From: an uncultured Candidatus Saccharibacteria bacterium
GTDB taxonomy: Bacteria > Patescibacteriota > Saccharimonadia > Saccharimonadales > AWTP1-31
Direction: 5' to 3'
Assembly: GCA_964634445.1 (NCBI GenBank)
Contig: CAZWJA010000004.1
Coordinates: 13,258 to 77,257, forward strand
DNA: 64,000 nucleotides
The notes under the pieces: generated by a model
Told to the model about the DNA's origin: nothing
Databases searched by the model: none
The model's input: only the letters and a program-made list of their open reading frames with translations
Made by a program: the position numbers and the translations under genes
In this document: positions 10,145 to 20,067 of the stretch, piece by piece
Layout: every line of letters starts with the position of its first letter
Position numbering within the stretch: the stretch's first letter is position 1

Positions 10145-10818
10145 AAGTCAGCTTAGACCATATCAAGCAGGAAACTTCAGATATATTCACATTCTTTTTT
10201 AAGCCAGAGACATACTTTAAATACGTTGCCGGCCAGTTCATTGAAATGACGTTGCCTCATGACAATCCTGACGCCCGTGGCATTAAGCACTGGTTTACGC
10301 TATCTTCGGCTCCTGGTCAGGAGGTAATTAGTATAACGACAAGGCGGGCCGAAAAGTCCAGCACTTTTAAAAAGACTTTATTTGCAAAAAAACCAGGAGA
10401 CATCTTTGAAATTAGTGAACCAATGGGTGATTTCGTACTTCCAGTAGATGAGAATACTCCGCTTGTGTTTGTTGCGGGCGGAATCGGTATCACACCATAT
10501 CATTCAATGATAGAGTGGCTGGTATTAAACAAGCAGAAGCGTAAAATCCAAATGATATATTCAGCACACTCTAATGCCGACTTGGTATTCAAAGAACTAT
10601 TATCTCAAGATTATATAGACATTATTTATTGGACGAATAAGGACCAATTAACAGTCGATAAGATTATAGAGCTAGTAGATGGAATATCCGGAAAACAGGT
10701 CTACTTGTCCGGACCCGAACCAATGATAGAGAGCTTTGTAGACCAGTTCAAAGAGCTTGGTATCACTCAGAATCAATTAATTACAGATTATTTTCCTGGC
10801 TATTCAGCTGTTTTATAG
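10141..10818 (+). CDS. FNR-like FAD/NAD(P)-binding oxidoreductase
   Basis: 225 aa with HWFTLSS (the FAD R/H-x-F/Y-S/T-like motif) and GGIGITP, the NAD(P)-binding motif. ATGA overlap with the GDPD gene. Confidence 0.65.
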   Translation: MKVSLDHIKQETSDIFTFFFKPETYFKYVAGQFIEMTLPHDNPDARGIKHWFTLSSAPGQEVISITTRRAEKSSTFKKTLFAKKPGDIFEISEPMGDFVLPVDENTPLVFVAGGIGITPYHSMIEWLVLNKQKRKIQMIYSAHSNADLVFKELLSQDYIDIIYWTNKDQLTVDKIIELVDGISGKQVYLSGPEPMIESFVDQFKELGITQNQLITDYFPGYSAVL

Positions 10819-10831
10819 TTTTAGACAGGGT

Positions 10832-11806
10832 TCAATCTAGTTGTTGCTTCATACCATCTAGGTACTCACGGATCATGAGCGCGGCTGTCGCACCTTCGCC
10901 GGCAGCACTGGCAATCTGCATAGTTGCACCGCTTCTGACGTCTCCGGCGGCAAAAACGCCTTCCATGGCTGTTTCCAGTCGTTCGTCAGTTTCAATTAAT
11001 CCAATTTTATCTAGTTTAACTTTCGTGCCTTTTAAAAACTCTGTGTTTGGCGACAAACCGACAAAAATAAAGACGCCGTCGGTGTTGAATTCAACCTTTT
11101 TCTTTGTTGTCGTATGAGTGCTTAGTACTTTTGTGACTTTATCGTTTTCGGCAATAATCTCATCTGTCGTATGATTCAAGTGAACTGAAATTTTGTCTTT
11201 GTGCTTGTCTAACTCTTTGATCAGGACATCACTGGCCCGCATCTTGTCGCCGCGGACTAGCAGGTCAATATGACTGGCAAACCTAGTTAGAAAAATTGCT
11301 TCCTGAACTGCTGAATTACCTCCACCGACTACAACTAATCTTTTATCGCGGTAGAAAGCACCGTCACACGTTGCACAGTAATGGACTCCGCGAGCAAAGT
11401 ATTCGGCTTCACCCGGAACTCCAATTTTCTTGTAGTCGCTGCCGGTTGCTAATAATATTGCTCTGGCTTTGATATCTCCGCTGGTAGTTTTTAAAACCTT
11501 ATGGTCTTTAGCTTGCTCTATATTCGTAACTTCTCCAAGTTCAATCACGCTACCAAAACGTTCAGCCTGGTCCTGCAAGTTTTGAGCTAGTTCAAGTCCG
11601 GCAATGCCTTTAGGAAAGCCGGGGTAGTTGTCTATCCAATCGGTTATAGCAGCTAGGCCGCCAATAACGCCCTTTTCAAACAAAAGCGTCGATATGTCTT
11701 CACGGGTGGTATATAGGGCGGCGCTTAAAGCAGCCGGTCCTGCACCAACCATAACTACATCCCAAATATGATGGGCGCTGGCATCCTTTGGTTTTGTATC
11801 AGTCAT
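10832..11806 (-). CDS. trxB: thioredoxin-disulfide reductase
   Basis: VGAGPAALSAALY FAD motif, redox-active CATCDG, and a second GGGNSAVQEA dinucleotide motif. Confidence 0.9.
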   Translation of the reverse strand: MTDTKPKDASAHHIWDVVMVGAGPAALSAALYTTREDISTLLFEKGVIGGLAAITDWIDNYPGFPKGIAGLELAQNLQDQAERFGSVIELGEVTNIEQAKDHKVLKTTSGDIKARAILLATGSDYKKIGVPGEAEYFARGVHYCATCDGAFYRDKRLVVVGGGNSAVQEAIFLTRFASHIDLLVRGDKMRASDVLIKELDKHKDKISVHLNHTTDEIIAENDKVTKVLSTHTTTKKKVEFNTDGVFIFVGLSPNTEFLKGTKVKLDKIGLIETDERLETAMEGVFAAGDVRSGATMQIASAAGEGATAALMIREYLDGMKQQLD

Positions 11807-11836
11807 TAATAAAGTCTACTATATTCTGCTGATTTG

Positions 11837-12085
11837 TTATGCAACTGCTGGAGCAAGTTTAGATAAATTATATCCAACGACTACTTCTTTGCTGTCGTCC
11901 TCTTTGGTAATCACAGTAACCGGAACGGCTAACTGACCGCTAAGTTCATAGGCGTCTTTTTGCCGTTCCGGGTGTTCATCCAGGTTTACTTCTTGGTATG
12001 TAAAACCTTTGGCTCCCAGCCATTTCTTAACCATGACGCAGTATGCGCATGTATTTGTCGTAAATATAGTTATGTCTTTGGCCAT
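11837..12085 (-). CDS. glutaredoxin/NrdH-like small redoxin
   Basis: 82 aa with a CAYC active site in a thioredoxin-fold context. Lies directly upstream of trxB on the same strand. Confidence 0.75.
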   Translation of the reverse strand: MAKDITIFTTNTCAYCVMVKKWLGAKGFTYQEVNLDEHPERQKDAYELSGQLAVPVTVITKEDDSKEVVVGYNLSKLAPAVA

Positions 12086-12145
12086 AATTAATTACCTCTG
12101 CTCCCTTTAGTTGTTTTTAAGTGTTTTTATTTGTGAGGTTACTTT

Positions 12146-12175
12146 ATTATATCTAGCGTAAGCACTATATGTCAA
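12146..12175 (-). promoter_or_regulatory. sigma-70-type promoter for the redoxin-trxB unit
   Basis: Minus strand reads TTGACA (12175-12170), an 18-nt spacer, then TATAAT (12151-12146), about 60 nt upstream of the ATG at 12085. Confidence 0.5.
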
Positions 12176-12230
12176 CACACCATATATTGTGTTTTGTACA
12201 TCTTTTTGGCACTAAACGGTGTTAATTACC

Positions 12231-12773
12231 TTATTCGCCGATTTTAACTAACTCAATATCGAAAACTAAATCTGCGTTCGGTCCAATATTTGGCGGGCTG
12301 CCTTGTTCGCCGTAAGCCATAGCGGCTGGAATTAACAGTCTTCTAGTTCCTCCGACCTTCATGCCAGGTACGCCTTCTTGCCAACCTTTAATCACGTTAG
12401 CTAGCGGAAAGGTGGCTGGCTGGCCAGAGTCTTTCGAGCTTTCAAATATCTTGCCGGTAGCTGCTACTGCGCCGGTGTAATGAGCGGTGACGGTATCGCC
12501 CGCTTTAACTTCTGCCCCAGTCCCTTCTACTTTATCTATTTTTTGTAGTGATTCGACTTTAGCTACTGGTGTAAAATCTTTTAATTGTGTTCCTTGCAAT
12601 GAATTCTCCTTCTTTTGCGGATCGACCGCTTTATTTGTATTCTGAGTTGCTGCCTTGTCTTTACGGTTCTGCTGATGTGTCTCCCAAATTACTAGTCCGC
12701 TGAATCCCAACGAAGTAATTAAGAACAATACCGCCATAACTGATACTATTATCCGTTCGCCTACTTTTGACAT
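12231..12773 (-). CDS. FKBP-type peptidyl-prolyl cis-trans isomerase, membrane-anchored
   Basis: N-terminal hydrophobic anchor. The FKBP core reads GDTVTAHYTG...VIKGWQEG...GGTRRLLIPAAMAYG...LVFDIELV. Confidence 0.85.
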   Translation of the reverse strand: MSKVGERIIVSVMAVLFLITSLGFSGLVIWETHQQNRKDKAATQNTNKAVDPQKKENSLQGTQLKDFTPVAKVESLQKIDKVEGTGAEVKAGDTVTAHYTGAVAATGKIFESSKDSGQPATFPLANVIKGWQEGVPGMKVGGTRRLLIPAAMAYGEQGSPPNIGPNADLVFDIELVKIGE

Positions 12774-12856
12774 ATTTCCCCTTTTTACCTAAAAAAGTAT
12801 AGCAAAATGCAATCAACTAATTAACTTCAATTGCTATTAATACTACGTTTAACTTA

Positions 12857-14626
12857 TTACGCATCCATATCGTATTGCTTGAGCTTCTTTTTGTTTAGTT
12901 CACTCTTGCCCTGTTGCAGCTTGAGCAACGTGGCATAAATGCCGGATGTAGTGGCCAGTTTTTCTGGCGAACCGATTTCCGAGACTTGACCGTTCTGGAG
13001 AGTAATAATGGTATCGACATTTTGGATTGTACTTAAGCGGTGGGCAATAATTAGCGTCGTACGACCTTTCATAAGCCGTTCTAAGGCTTCTTGGACCATA
13101 GCCTCACTCTTACTATCCAGGCTGCTTGTAGCTTCGTCTAGGATAAGAATGGGTGCGTCTTTCAGCAAGGCTCTAGCAATTGCAATCCGCTGTTTCTGTC
13201 CACCGCTGAGCTTGAGACCCCGTTCACCTATTTCCGTATCGTAGCCTTTGTCTAGCTTTTCAATGAATTCATTGGCATTAGCGGCCTTGGAAGCTTCAAT
13301 AATATCCTGCTTTGAGGCATGCTCGTTCCCATAGGATATGTTTTCTTTAATTGTTCCGCTAAATAGCGACGGGTCCTGAAAGACAACACCGATATTAGCT
13401 CGCAGACTTTCCTGAGTAACGTCCTGAATATTTACGCCGTCAATTTCTATGCTACCAGCTTGCGGTTCGTAGAGCCTAAGCAGGAGGTTAGTAATTGTCG
13501 TTTTACCTTCGCCGCTTTCTCCAACCAGTGCTATTTTCGAATCAGGTTTTACATCAAAAGAAATTCCTTTAAGCACTCTTTGCTTGTCGTATGAAAATTC
13601 AACATTATTAAACGTAATCTTGCCTTTATTTACTTTAATAATCTGGGCATTAGGTTTATCGGCTATTGCCGGTTTGGTGGCCATGACCTTAAAGTAATCT
13701 TTGCTGTCGGCAACAGCTTTCTGAGTGTTCTCAACCAAGAAGCTAATTGTAAAAATTGGAATTCTGATCTGCTGCGACAATAAAATCAGAGCGACAGCTA
13801 CACCTGGAGAGTAGTCGCCACGTGCTGCTTGAATGAATATAAACAAGTAGACACACAGGAAAATTGCATTAAGAACCAACCGGCGTCTAATATCCCGGGT
13901 ATGCCAGTATTTAGACTGCGGCTTGTCGGTATTTACTACTTTTTGTAGTTCTTGGTCAAAATATTTAAGTTCGTTCTTTTCTTTAATGAAGCTTTTAACT
14001 ACTTTAATCTGCCCGATCGCTTCTGCGAACCGTCCAGTGGCAATATCCCGGTGTAGGTTTTTAGTTGCCTGGTAGTTCTGCCAAGTATTGCTGCTCCGGA
14101 CTGTCAGCCAGATGTAAATTGGATATAGCAGGAACAACATGAGGGCGACTTCACGGCTGTAATAGAATACGACAGCTAGAGAAATTACAGTTGTAAAGAT
14201 GAACTGCAGGAAGTTGTTGCTCATCATATGCATGAAGCTAGATATCTGGTTAATTGACCTGTTTAACCGGTTGATGATAGTACCGGATAGTTCACGGTCG
14301 AAATATGTTTGAGGCAGGTCAAGCAGGTGCTGGTAGTAGCGAGTGCTTAAAATCTTTTGTAGTTTTTCGCTCATCCGGTCGCCCAAATAGCCGTTGAAAT
14401 TGCTAATAAATGTACCCCCGACATCAAGCAAAAAGATAACAATAGCTATTAAGGCTAGATATTTTATGTTGGCGTGAGTTCCTTTGCTAATCTCATCGAC
14501 TGCTCGCCCACTCAAAATTGGATTCAGCAGTGCTAGAAGACTAATTACTATTGATAGTGCGCTAACAGAGTAGTAGTACTTATTCAGTTCCTTAGTGAAT
14601 CTAATTATTCTAAATATGTGCTTCAT
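12857..14626 (-). CDS. ABC exporter, fused permease/ATPase (MsbA-like type)
   Basis: 589 aa with an N-terminal 6-TM-like region, Walker A GESGEGKTT, signature LSGGQKQR and Walker B ILILDEATS. Confidence 0.85.
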   Translation of the reverse strand: MKHIFRIIRFTKELNKYYYSVSALSIVISLLALLNPILSGRAVDEISKGTHANIKYLALIAIVIFLLDVGGTFISNFNGYLGDRMSEKLQKILSTRYYQHLLDLPQTYFDRELSGTIINRLNRSINQISSFMHMMSNNFLQFIFTTVISLAVVFYYSREVALMLFLLYPIYIWLTVRSSNTWQNYQATKNLHRDIATGRFAEAIGQIKVVKSFIKEKNELKYFDQELQKVVNTDKPQSKYWHTRDIRRRLVLNAIFLCVYLFIFIQAARGDYSPGVAVALILLSQQIRIPIFTISFLVENTQKAVADSKDYFKVMATKPAIADKPNAQIIKVNKGKITFNNVEFSYDKQRVLKGISFDVKPDSKIALVGESGEGKTTITNLLLRLYEPQAGSIEIDGVNIQDVTQESLRANIGVVFQDPSLFSGTIKENISYGNEHASKQDIIEASKAANANEFIEKLDKGYDTEIGERGLKLSGGQKQRIAIARALLKDAPILILDEATSSLDSKSEAMVQEALERLMKGRTTLIIAHRLSTIQNVDTIITLQNGQVSEIGSPEKLATTSGIYATLLKLQQGKSELNKKKLKQYDMDA

Positions 14627-14629
14627 GTA

Positions 14630-17167
14630 TTAAATACGTTTTACTTTAGCGCTTGTTTCGATTTTTTCAACAATACTGTCAACTATTATGTTTGCTTCTT
14701 TGGTTGTAAGCGTACGTTCAGGGTTATTTAGCTTCAGCTTGAATGTTAAATTCTTTGTTTTGCTATTCTGTTTTTGAAATATATCCACGGGTTCAACCGT
14801 AATTGTCAGCTTCTCTGTTTTAGCAGCTGTAGCAGCTTCTTTATCTAAAATGCCGGCAATAGCGTCAAACTTAGTACTAGCGGGTACTTCGAGGGTAATA
14901 TCTTGAGTTATATTCGGGAATCTTGAAATCGGCTGATAGTTTTGTTCCTGGCCAAGTTTAGCGAACAATTTCGTATTAATTTCGAAACCGGCAATATAGT
15001 CAGGAAGTTTAAGATCTCTTTTTACTGAAGACTTATATTCTCCTATAACTCCCCACATCCAGTTGTCTTCTCCAAGAATAACTGCGCTTCGGCTGTGCTC
15101 ATAAGGTGCTACTAGCTGTTTATCATAATCGTGCTCCAGGACGTATTCGCTTAAAGGCACGTAACGCAAATTACTAATTGAAAAGATATCAAGCAGATAA
15201 TCAAGATATTTACGAGCAGAATAGTATGCAGCTCCGGAGTATTTTTCTTTGGCGGTTTTATTTTCTGCTGCAAACACTACCGCTAAATGATTCATTTCTT
15301 TAGGTAGTTTCTCTACATCAACAATTGTCTTAGTGTGTACTTTATTTATCTCGTAAATGGCAAATTCAGTATTACCGGCTTTTATATTGGAGTGCACCTT
15401 TTCTAGTAAGCTTGGTGTAAGACTCAATCTGTAATACTGCAGTTCAGGGCTAAGTGCATTAGACAATTGAAAAGCTTGACGCTTATCTTGACAACTAATG
15501 TCCAACAAGTTTCCTGCAACAAAAGTATAGGTTAGAAGTTCATTAGCGCCTGCACTAGAAAGAGCAGTTTGAATTTTGTATCTAATTTCAAAATCTACAT
15601 TCTTCGGTACCGGACTGCTATTCCTAAGCGGGAGTGTTTTTGGCAGATTATCATAGCCGTATAATCGCCCTACTTCTTCGACAATATCTTCTTGAATATG
15701 CAGGTCGGTTCTCCAGAACGGCGGAGTTACTTTTATAGTCTCGTCGTCTAATTCAACAATAAGCTCAACGTCTCTAAGTAAGTTGGCAATTTTATTAATG
15801 CTTAAATCAGAACCAAGTAGCGAGTTGATTAAACTTGCTTCTACAGTAATTTGCTTATTTTCATGAAGTTTTGCGTGAGTATCTACAAGCTGGCTTGCCA
15901 CTTCGCCTCCGGCCAATCCTAATATATCTTCAGCGATTTTACTTATTACTACTGTATTTTGCATTTCTGATTGACCCTTGGTAAATCTGGTTACGGCATC
16001 AGTAAACAACCCGTATTTCATACTGGAGCGTCTTATGTTGTACATATCAAAACTAGCGCATTCAAGTACAATGTTTCTTGTTTTATCGTCTACTTCAGTT
16101 TTGGAACCGCCCATTATGCCACCGATTCCCACAACTTGCTTATTTGTGGCTATGACAATAGTAGAATTATCTTCTAATTTCAAAGTCTTACCATTCAGCA
16201 AGCTGACGCTTTCTCCTTTTTTACTCCGACGAGCTACAAGAACAGCTTCATTTAAGCTTAGAGTTTTTAATTTATCGTAATCGTAAGCGTGAAGCGGTTG
16301 ACCAGTAAGGTGCATATAAAAGTTAGTTAGATCAACTATATTATTAATCGGTCTAATCCCAACTTTGGTCAGTGCTACCTGAAGCCAAATAGGGCTGGGT
16401 TTGACGGAGATATTACTGATGGTAAGTGCGGTAAATCGAGGTACTAACTCAGGAGCATCAACTTGAATCTTAATCGGCAGCCTATTATTATTTTTGAGCT
16501 TAACCGGCTGCTTATACCAGTCAGGACTTATAAAGGCTTTGTTTTGAATTCCTGCTAATTCCCGGGCAATACCTAAAATACCGAAACAATCAGGACGATG
16601 AGTGAACATCTTGTTTTCACAGTCGATAATATAATCATCAAGTGCGTACAGCTTTTTAAATTCTGTTCCAGGTTTAGCCAAATCTAATCCTACTTCATCC
16701 GGATCTATTTCAAGGATTCCGCTGTGGTCGTCGCTAATGCCAAGTTCGCTACTGCTAGCTAACATCCCGTTACTAACTACTCCTCTAATTTCTCGTGCCT
16801 CTAATACAAAAGGATCTTTAGTGATTGAACTAGGAACGGTTGCACCAGGTGGTATCCAAGCCACAGTTAGTCCGACTTTTACGTTAGGCGCTCCGCAGAC
16901 GACTTGGATTAACCCTTTGTCGTCGCGTTTTACTTTTGTATTCTTATTTCCGTCATCTATCAAACAGACATTCAACTTGTCGGCATTGTCGTGCTTTACA
17001 CAGCTTATTACTTTCGAAACCAGGATCCCGTCGTATTTTGCACCCCAATCAATTACCTCCTCAACGGCTGCAAGTTGTGAGCCAATCTTAAAGACCAGGT
17101 CGTCAATTTTAAGCTTTTTAAGTTCAGTATTGCTGTAGTATTGTGCCCAGTTTAAGCTTATTTTCAT
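14630..17167 (-). CDS. pheT: phenylalanine--tRNA ligase beta subunit
   Basis: 845 aa with the N-terminal tRNA-binding domain and B3/4-B5-FDX layout. 4-nt overlap with pheS. Confidence 0.9.
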   Translation of the reverse strand: MKISLNWAQYYSNTELKKLKIDDLVFKIGSQLAAVEEVIDWGAKYDGILVSKVISCVKHDNADKLNVCLIDDGNKNTKVKRDDKGLIQVVCGAPNVKVGLTVAWIPPGATVPSSITKDPFVLEAREIRGVVSNGMLASSSELGISDDHSGILEIDPDEVGLDLAKPGTEFKKLYALDDYIIDCENKMFTHRPDCFGILGIARELAGIQNKAFISPDWYKQPVKLKNNNRLPIKIQVDAPELVPRFTALTISNISVKPSPIWLQVALTKVGIRPINNIVDLTNFYMHLTGQPLHAYDYDKLKTLSLNEAVLVARRSKKGESVSLLNGKTLKLEDNSTIVIATNKQVVGIGGIMGGSKTEVDDKTRNIVLECASFDMYNIRRSSMKYGLFTDAVTRFTKGQSEMQNTVVISKIAEDILGLAGGEVASQLVDTHAKLHENKQITVEASLINSLLGSDLSINKIANLLRDVELIVELDDETIKVTPPFWRTDLHIQEDIVEEVGRLYGYDNLPKTLPLRNSSPVPKNVDFEIRYKIQTALSSAGANELLTYTFVAGNLLDISCQDKRQAFQLSNALSPELQYYRLSLTPSLLEKVHSNIKAGNTEFAIYEINKVHTKTIVDVEKLPKEMNHLAVVFAAENKTAKEKYSGAAYYSARKYLDYLLDIFSISNLRYVPLSEYVLEHDYDKQLVAPYEHSRSAVILGEDNWMWGVIGEYKSSVKRDLKLPDYIAGFEINTKLFAKLGQEQNYQPISRFPNITQDITLEVPASTKFDAIAGILDKEAATAAKTEKLTITVEPVDIFQKQNSKTKNLTFKLKLNNPERTLTTKEANIIVDSIVEKIETSAKVKRI

Positions 17168-18192
17168 TTGAACTGCCTCAAGAATTCTAATTTTCCGCTA
17201 TGGAAATTTCTAATATCTTCAATTCCATACTTCATCATGACTAGTCTGTCTAACCCCATACCTCCGGCAAAGCCTGTATACTGCGTCGGATTAATACCCC
17301 CTAGTTTTAAGACATTAGGGTTTATCATCCCCATACCTAACAGTTCAATCCATCCTGTATAACTGCAGACCTGGCAGCCCTTCTTTTTGCAGAATGGACA
17401 GCTTAAAGCTAATTCTAGGCTTGGCTCTGTAAACGGAAAATAAAAAGGTTGGCTTCTGACTTCGATTTTCTGGCTATAATACTCCTCCAAAAAAGTTTGG
17501 AAAGTAGATATTAGGTTGCCGACATTAATATTTTTGCCGACGTGCATAATTTCAACTTGGTAGAAGGTATGCTCATGCCTTGCGTCAATGTCTTCGTTCC
17601 TAAAGCTTCGGCCTGTATACACCGCACTAATATTCTTACCTTGTTTTAAGTCTTGACCATATTGTTTTAACAACCGGTTCTGCATGACAGAAGCATGAGC
17701 CGGTGCAATTAGCCCTTCGGTAGTAATAAACGTATCATAATCATCTCTAGCCGGATGGTCGTCTGGAAAGTTCAGACTTGTAAACATATGAAATTCGTCA
17801 TCAATTTGGGTACTTTCAACCGAGACAAATCCCATACGATTAAAAATATCTAATACGGTCTTAAGCTCTGTCATTAACGGGTGCTTGCTTCCTTGCTCTG
17901 CAGATAGGAGTGCCGGTTGATTATTTAATGGAGTATTTATGTCAAACGGAGCTGTGACATCAATCGGTTCTAATACTTCTATTACTTCCTTCTTTGCTTT
18001 TTCAATTTCGCTCCTCAGTCGGTTTACTTCTTGTCCGAATTGACCCCTTATTTCAGGTGCAAGAGTAGGAATTTCAGAATATAATGATTTTAGTTCGCTT
18101 GATCGCAAAAGCGTAGTGCTGTCTTCGCCTTTATCTAGCCGAGCTTTAAGATCTGCTGCAACATCAGCAATTCGTTTATTCTTATATTCCAT
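17164..18192 (-). CDS. pheS: phenylalanine--tRNA ligase alpha subunit
   Basis: 342 aa with class II core motifs (HPARDDYDTF, FRNEDIDARHEHTFYQVE, GFAGGMGLDRL). Confidence 0.9.
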   Translation of the reverse strand: MEYKNKRIADVAADLKARLDKGEDSTTLLRSSELKSLYSEIPTLAPEIRGQFGQEVNRLRSEIEKAKKEVIEVLEPIDVTAPFDINTPLNNQPALLSAEQGSKHPLMTELKTVLDIFNRMGFVSVESTQIDDEFHMFTSLNFPDDHPARDDYDTFITTEGLIAPAHASVMQNRLLKQYGQDLKQGKNISAVYTGRSFRNEDIDARHEHTFYQVEIMHVGKNINVGNLISTFQTFLEEYYSQKIEVRSQPFYFPFTEPSLELALSCPFCKKKGCQVCSYTGWIELLGMGMINPNVLKLGGINPTQYTGFAGGMGLDRLVMMKYGIEDIRNFHSGKLEFLRQFK

Positions 18193-18288
18193 CTTGAGTA
18201 ATATTGTAACAAATAGTTGTCAAAGAACTTAATTTCTCATATAATAAGTTTTATTTATTAGCAATTATGTTTCCAAAAGTGAGTAAAT

Positions 18289-19506
18289 ATGCCTAGTCCA
18301 ATTGAATCGTCAATGAGTGAATTACTGTTCGGAGATTTCACCGAAAGTCAAAGAGTTTCATTACTAAAAGATAACTACGAAATGGTTGCTAAAAGATTTG
18401 GTAGCGTTGCGACACCTGATGTAGTAGATCTGATAAATGACAACTGCGAAGTTCAAGCTGTTTTTAATTATCACGGAGACGATACGGATGCATTAAGAAC
18501 AGTTAACGCAATTTGGGCACCCGGTGATCCAGAATCGAAAAAACCTTTCATAACCTTCATGGAAGGCGTACATAACGTAGACGTACACCAAGAAATATCT
18601 TTCCAGTATTCAGTTAACAGTGCTTTTGGTTTAGCATTCGATGGTGTAAAGCCAAATATTGGTATTTATTATCCTGACCAACAATTAGCTAGTGGGAAAG
18701 CACCCTGGCAGTACTGGCGAGATCGCGGACTGATTGAGCGAGGTAGTATATTAGTACCGATTGATCTCAGAAAATATAGTGCTCAGTATGTCGAAACTCT
18801 GATTGGCGCACAGTACAATCCTGAGTTTTTAAGCGACAGACCAAGCCTTTACAATCTTAGGAACAACTCGTTTGAAGATATGTTCAAAGCTGCACGCAAC
18901 CATGGTATGAAAATACATTATTCAAATGGTCTTCGCGAGTACGCATCAGCCGCCCAAATAGTTGGAGTTTTATCTAGAGTTTTAGGACATAAAGAAGCTC
19001 AGCTGCAATTAACTGAAGATCAGCAAAGAAAACTTGATGCCCTGCGTCAAGAACGACTTAAAAACGATGATCCACTACCGATAAGCATTATCTACGGCAC
19101 AGCACATCACGCTATGGTTCATATTCTAAGAAACGCCGGTATACAAATTGACAGAAATATTGCCGACAAAAAAGATGGTCCGCATAAATTCACCGGTTCC
19201 GTAATGGATCAGTTCTTTGCTAGTCACTTCTTTGGACTGCGACCAATCGACGTAGATAAATATGCCCGGCAGATGCTAATAAGTCATATGTTGCAAACTC
19301 CGCTATACGAACCAGCTGAATTTGGTACAGTCATTGATGCCAAAGACCGGTCAGAGTTTATTGATATATATAACAAAATCTCTAAATTAGCTCGCTCAGA
19401 AGATCTAGCTGACAATATTGAAGACTTCTTTGTACAGTTTCAGCAAAATCCAAATATTGTCGTCGGTATGCTCCAAAAAGCCGGTATTCCGATAACAGCT
19501 ATATAA
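18289..19506 (+). CDS. hypothetical protein (orphan, 405 aa)
   Basis: Long clean ORF with no signal peptide or TM segment. Only two His-containing motifs noted (FMEGVHNVDVHQE; YGTAHHAMVH). Confidence 0.6.
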   Translation: MPSPIESSMSELLFGDFTESQRVSLLKDNYEMVAKRFGSVATPDVVDLINDNCEVQAVFNYHGDDTDALRTVNAIWAPGDPESKKPFITFMEGVHNVDVHQEISFQYSVNSAFGLAFDGVKPNIGIYYPDQQLASGKAPWQYWRDRGLIERGSILVPIDLRKYSAQYVETLIGAQYNPEFLSDRPSLYNLRNNSFEDMFKAARNHGMKIHYSNGLREYASAAQIVGVLSRVLGHKEAQLQLTEDQQRKLDALRQERLKNDDPLPISIIYGTAHHAMVHILRNAGIQIDRNIADKKDGPHKFTGSVMDQFFASHFFGLRPIDVDKYARQMLISHMLQTPLYEPAEFGTVIDAKDRSEFIDIYNKISKLARSEDLADNIEDFFVQFQQNPNIVVGMLQKAGIPITAI

Positions 19507-19513
19507 TATATAC

Positions 19514-20011
19514 ATGGCTACATTCTCATTCGACATTGTTTCAGACTACGACAAAGCGGAACTCAACAATGTATTCGACCAGACGCAGCGTGAAATAACT
19601 GCGAGGTATGACTTTAAAGGTACTTCGGCGGCTGTCGAATGGCTGAATCCGGAAAAGACTGGACTGAAGATTACTGGCGACCACCAGTACCAGCTGGATG
19701 CGATTGCCGATATCATTAGGAAAAAACTAGCAGCAAGAAACCAAAGTCAAAAACTTTTAGATACAACTACCGAACCGGTAACAAGCAACCTAAAAATGAC
19801 TTGGGAAGTTCCATTCAAACAAGGTTTGGACCAAGAAAAAGCTAAGAAGATTACCAGCAAAATAAGAGAAACGCTACCTAAAGTAAAAACACAGATTCAA
19901 GGACAGGAAGTCAGAGTAATGAGTGGCAGCAAAGACGACCTCCAGCAAGTCATGCAGCTGCTTAAATCACAAGACCTTGATTTCCCGATTAGCTTTACTA
20001 ATTTTAGATAG
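19514..20011 (+). CDS. yajQ: YajQ-family (UPF0234) nucleotide-binding protein
   Basis: MATFSFDIVSDYDKAELNNVFDQTQREITARYDFKG matches the YajQ N-terminus (SFDIVS...RFDFKG). 165 aa. Confidence 0.85.
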   Translation: MATFSFDIVSDYDKAELNNVFDQTQREITARYDFKGTSAAVEWLNPEKTGLKITGDHQYQLDAIADIIRKKLAARNQSQKLLDTTTEPVTSNLKMTWEVPFKQGLDQEKAKKITSKIRETLPKVKTQIQGQEVRVMSGSKDDLQQVMQLLKSQDLDFPISFTNFR

Positions 20012-20067
20012 TTATTAGTATTAAATTAGTTTAAGCATTGCAAGCATAACCATCGTATAATTATGCT

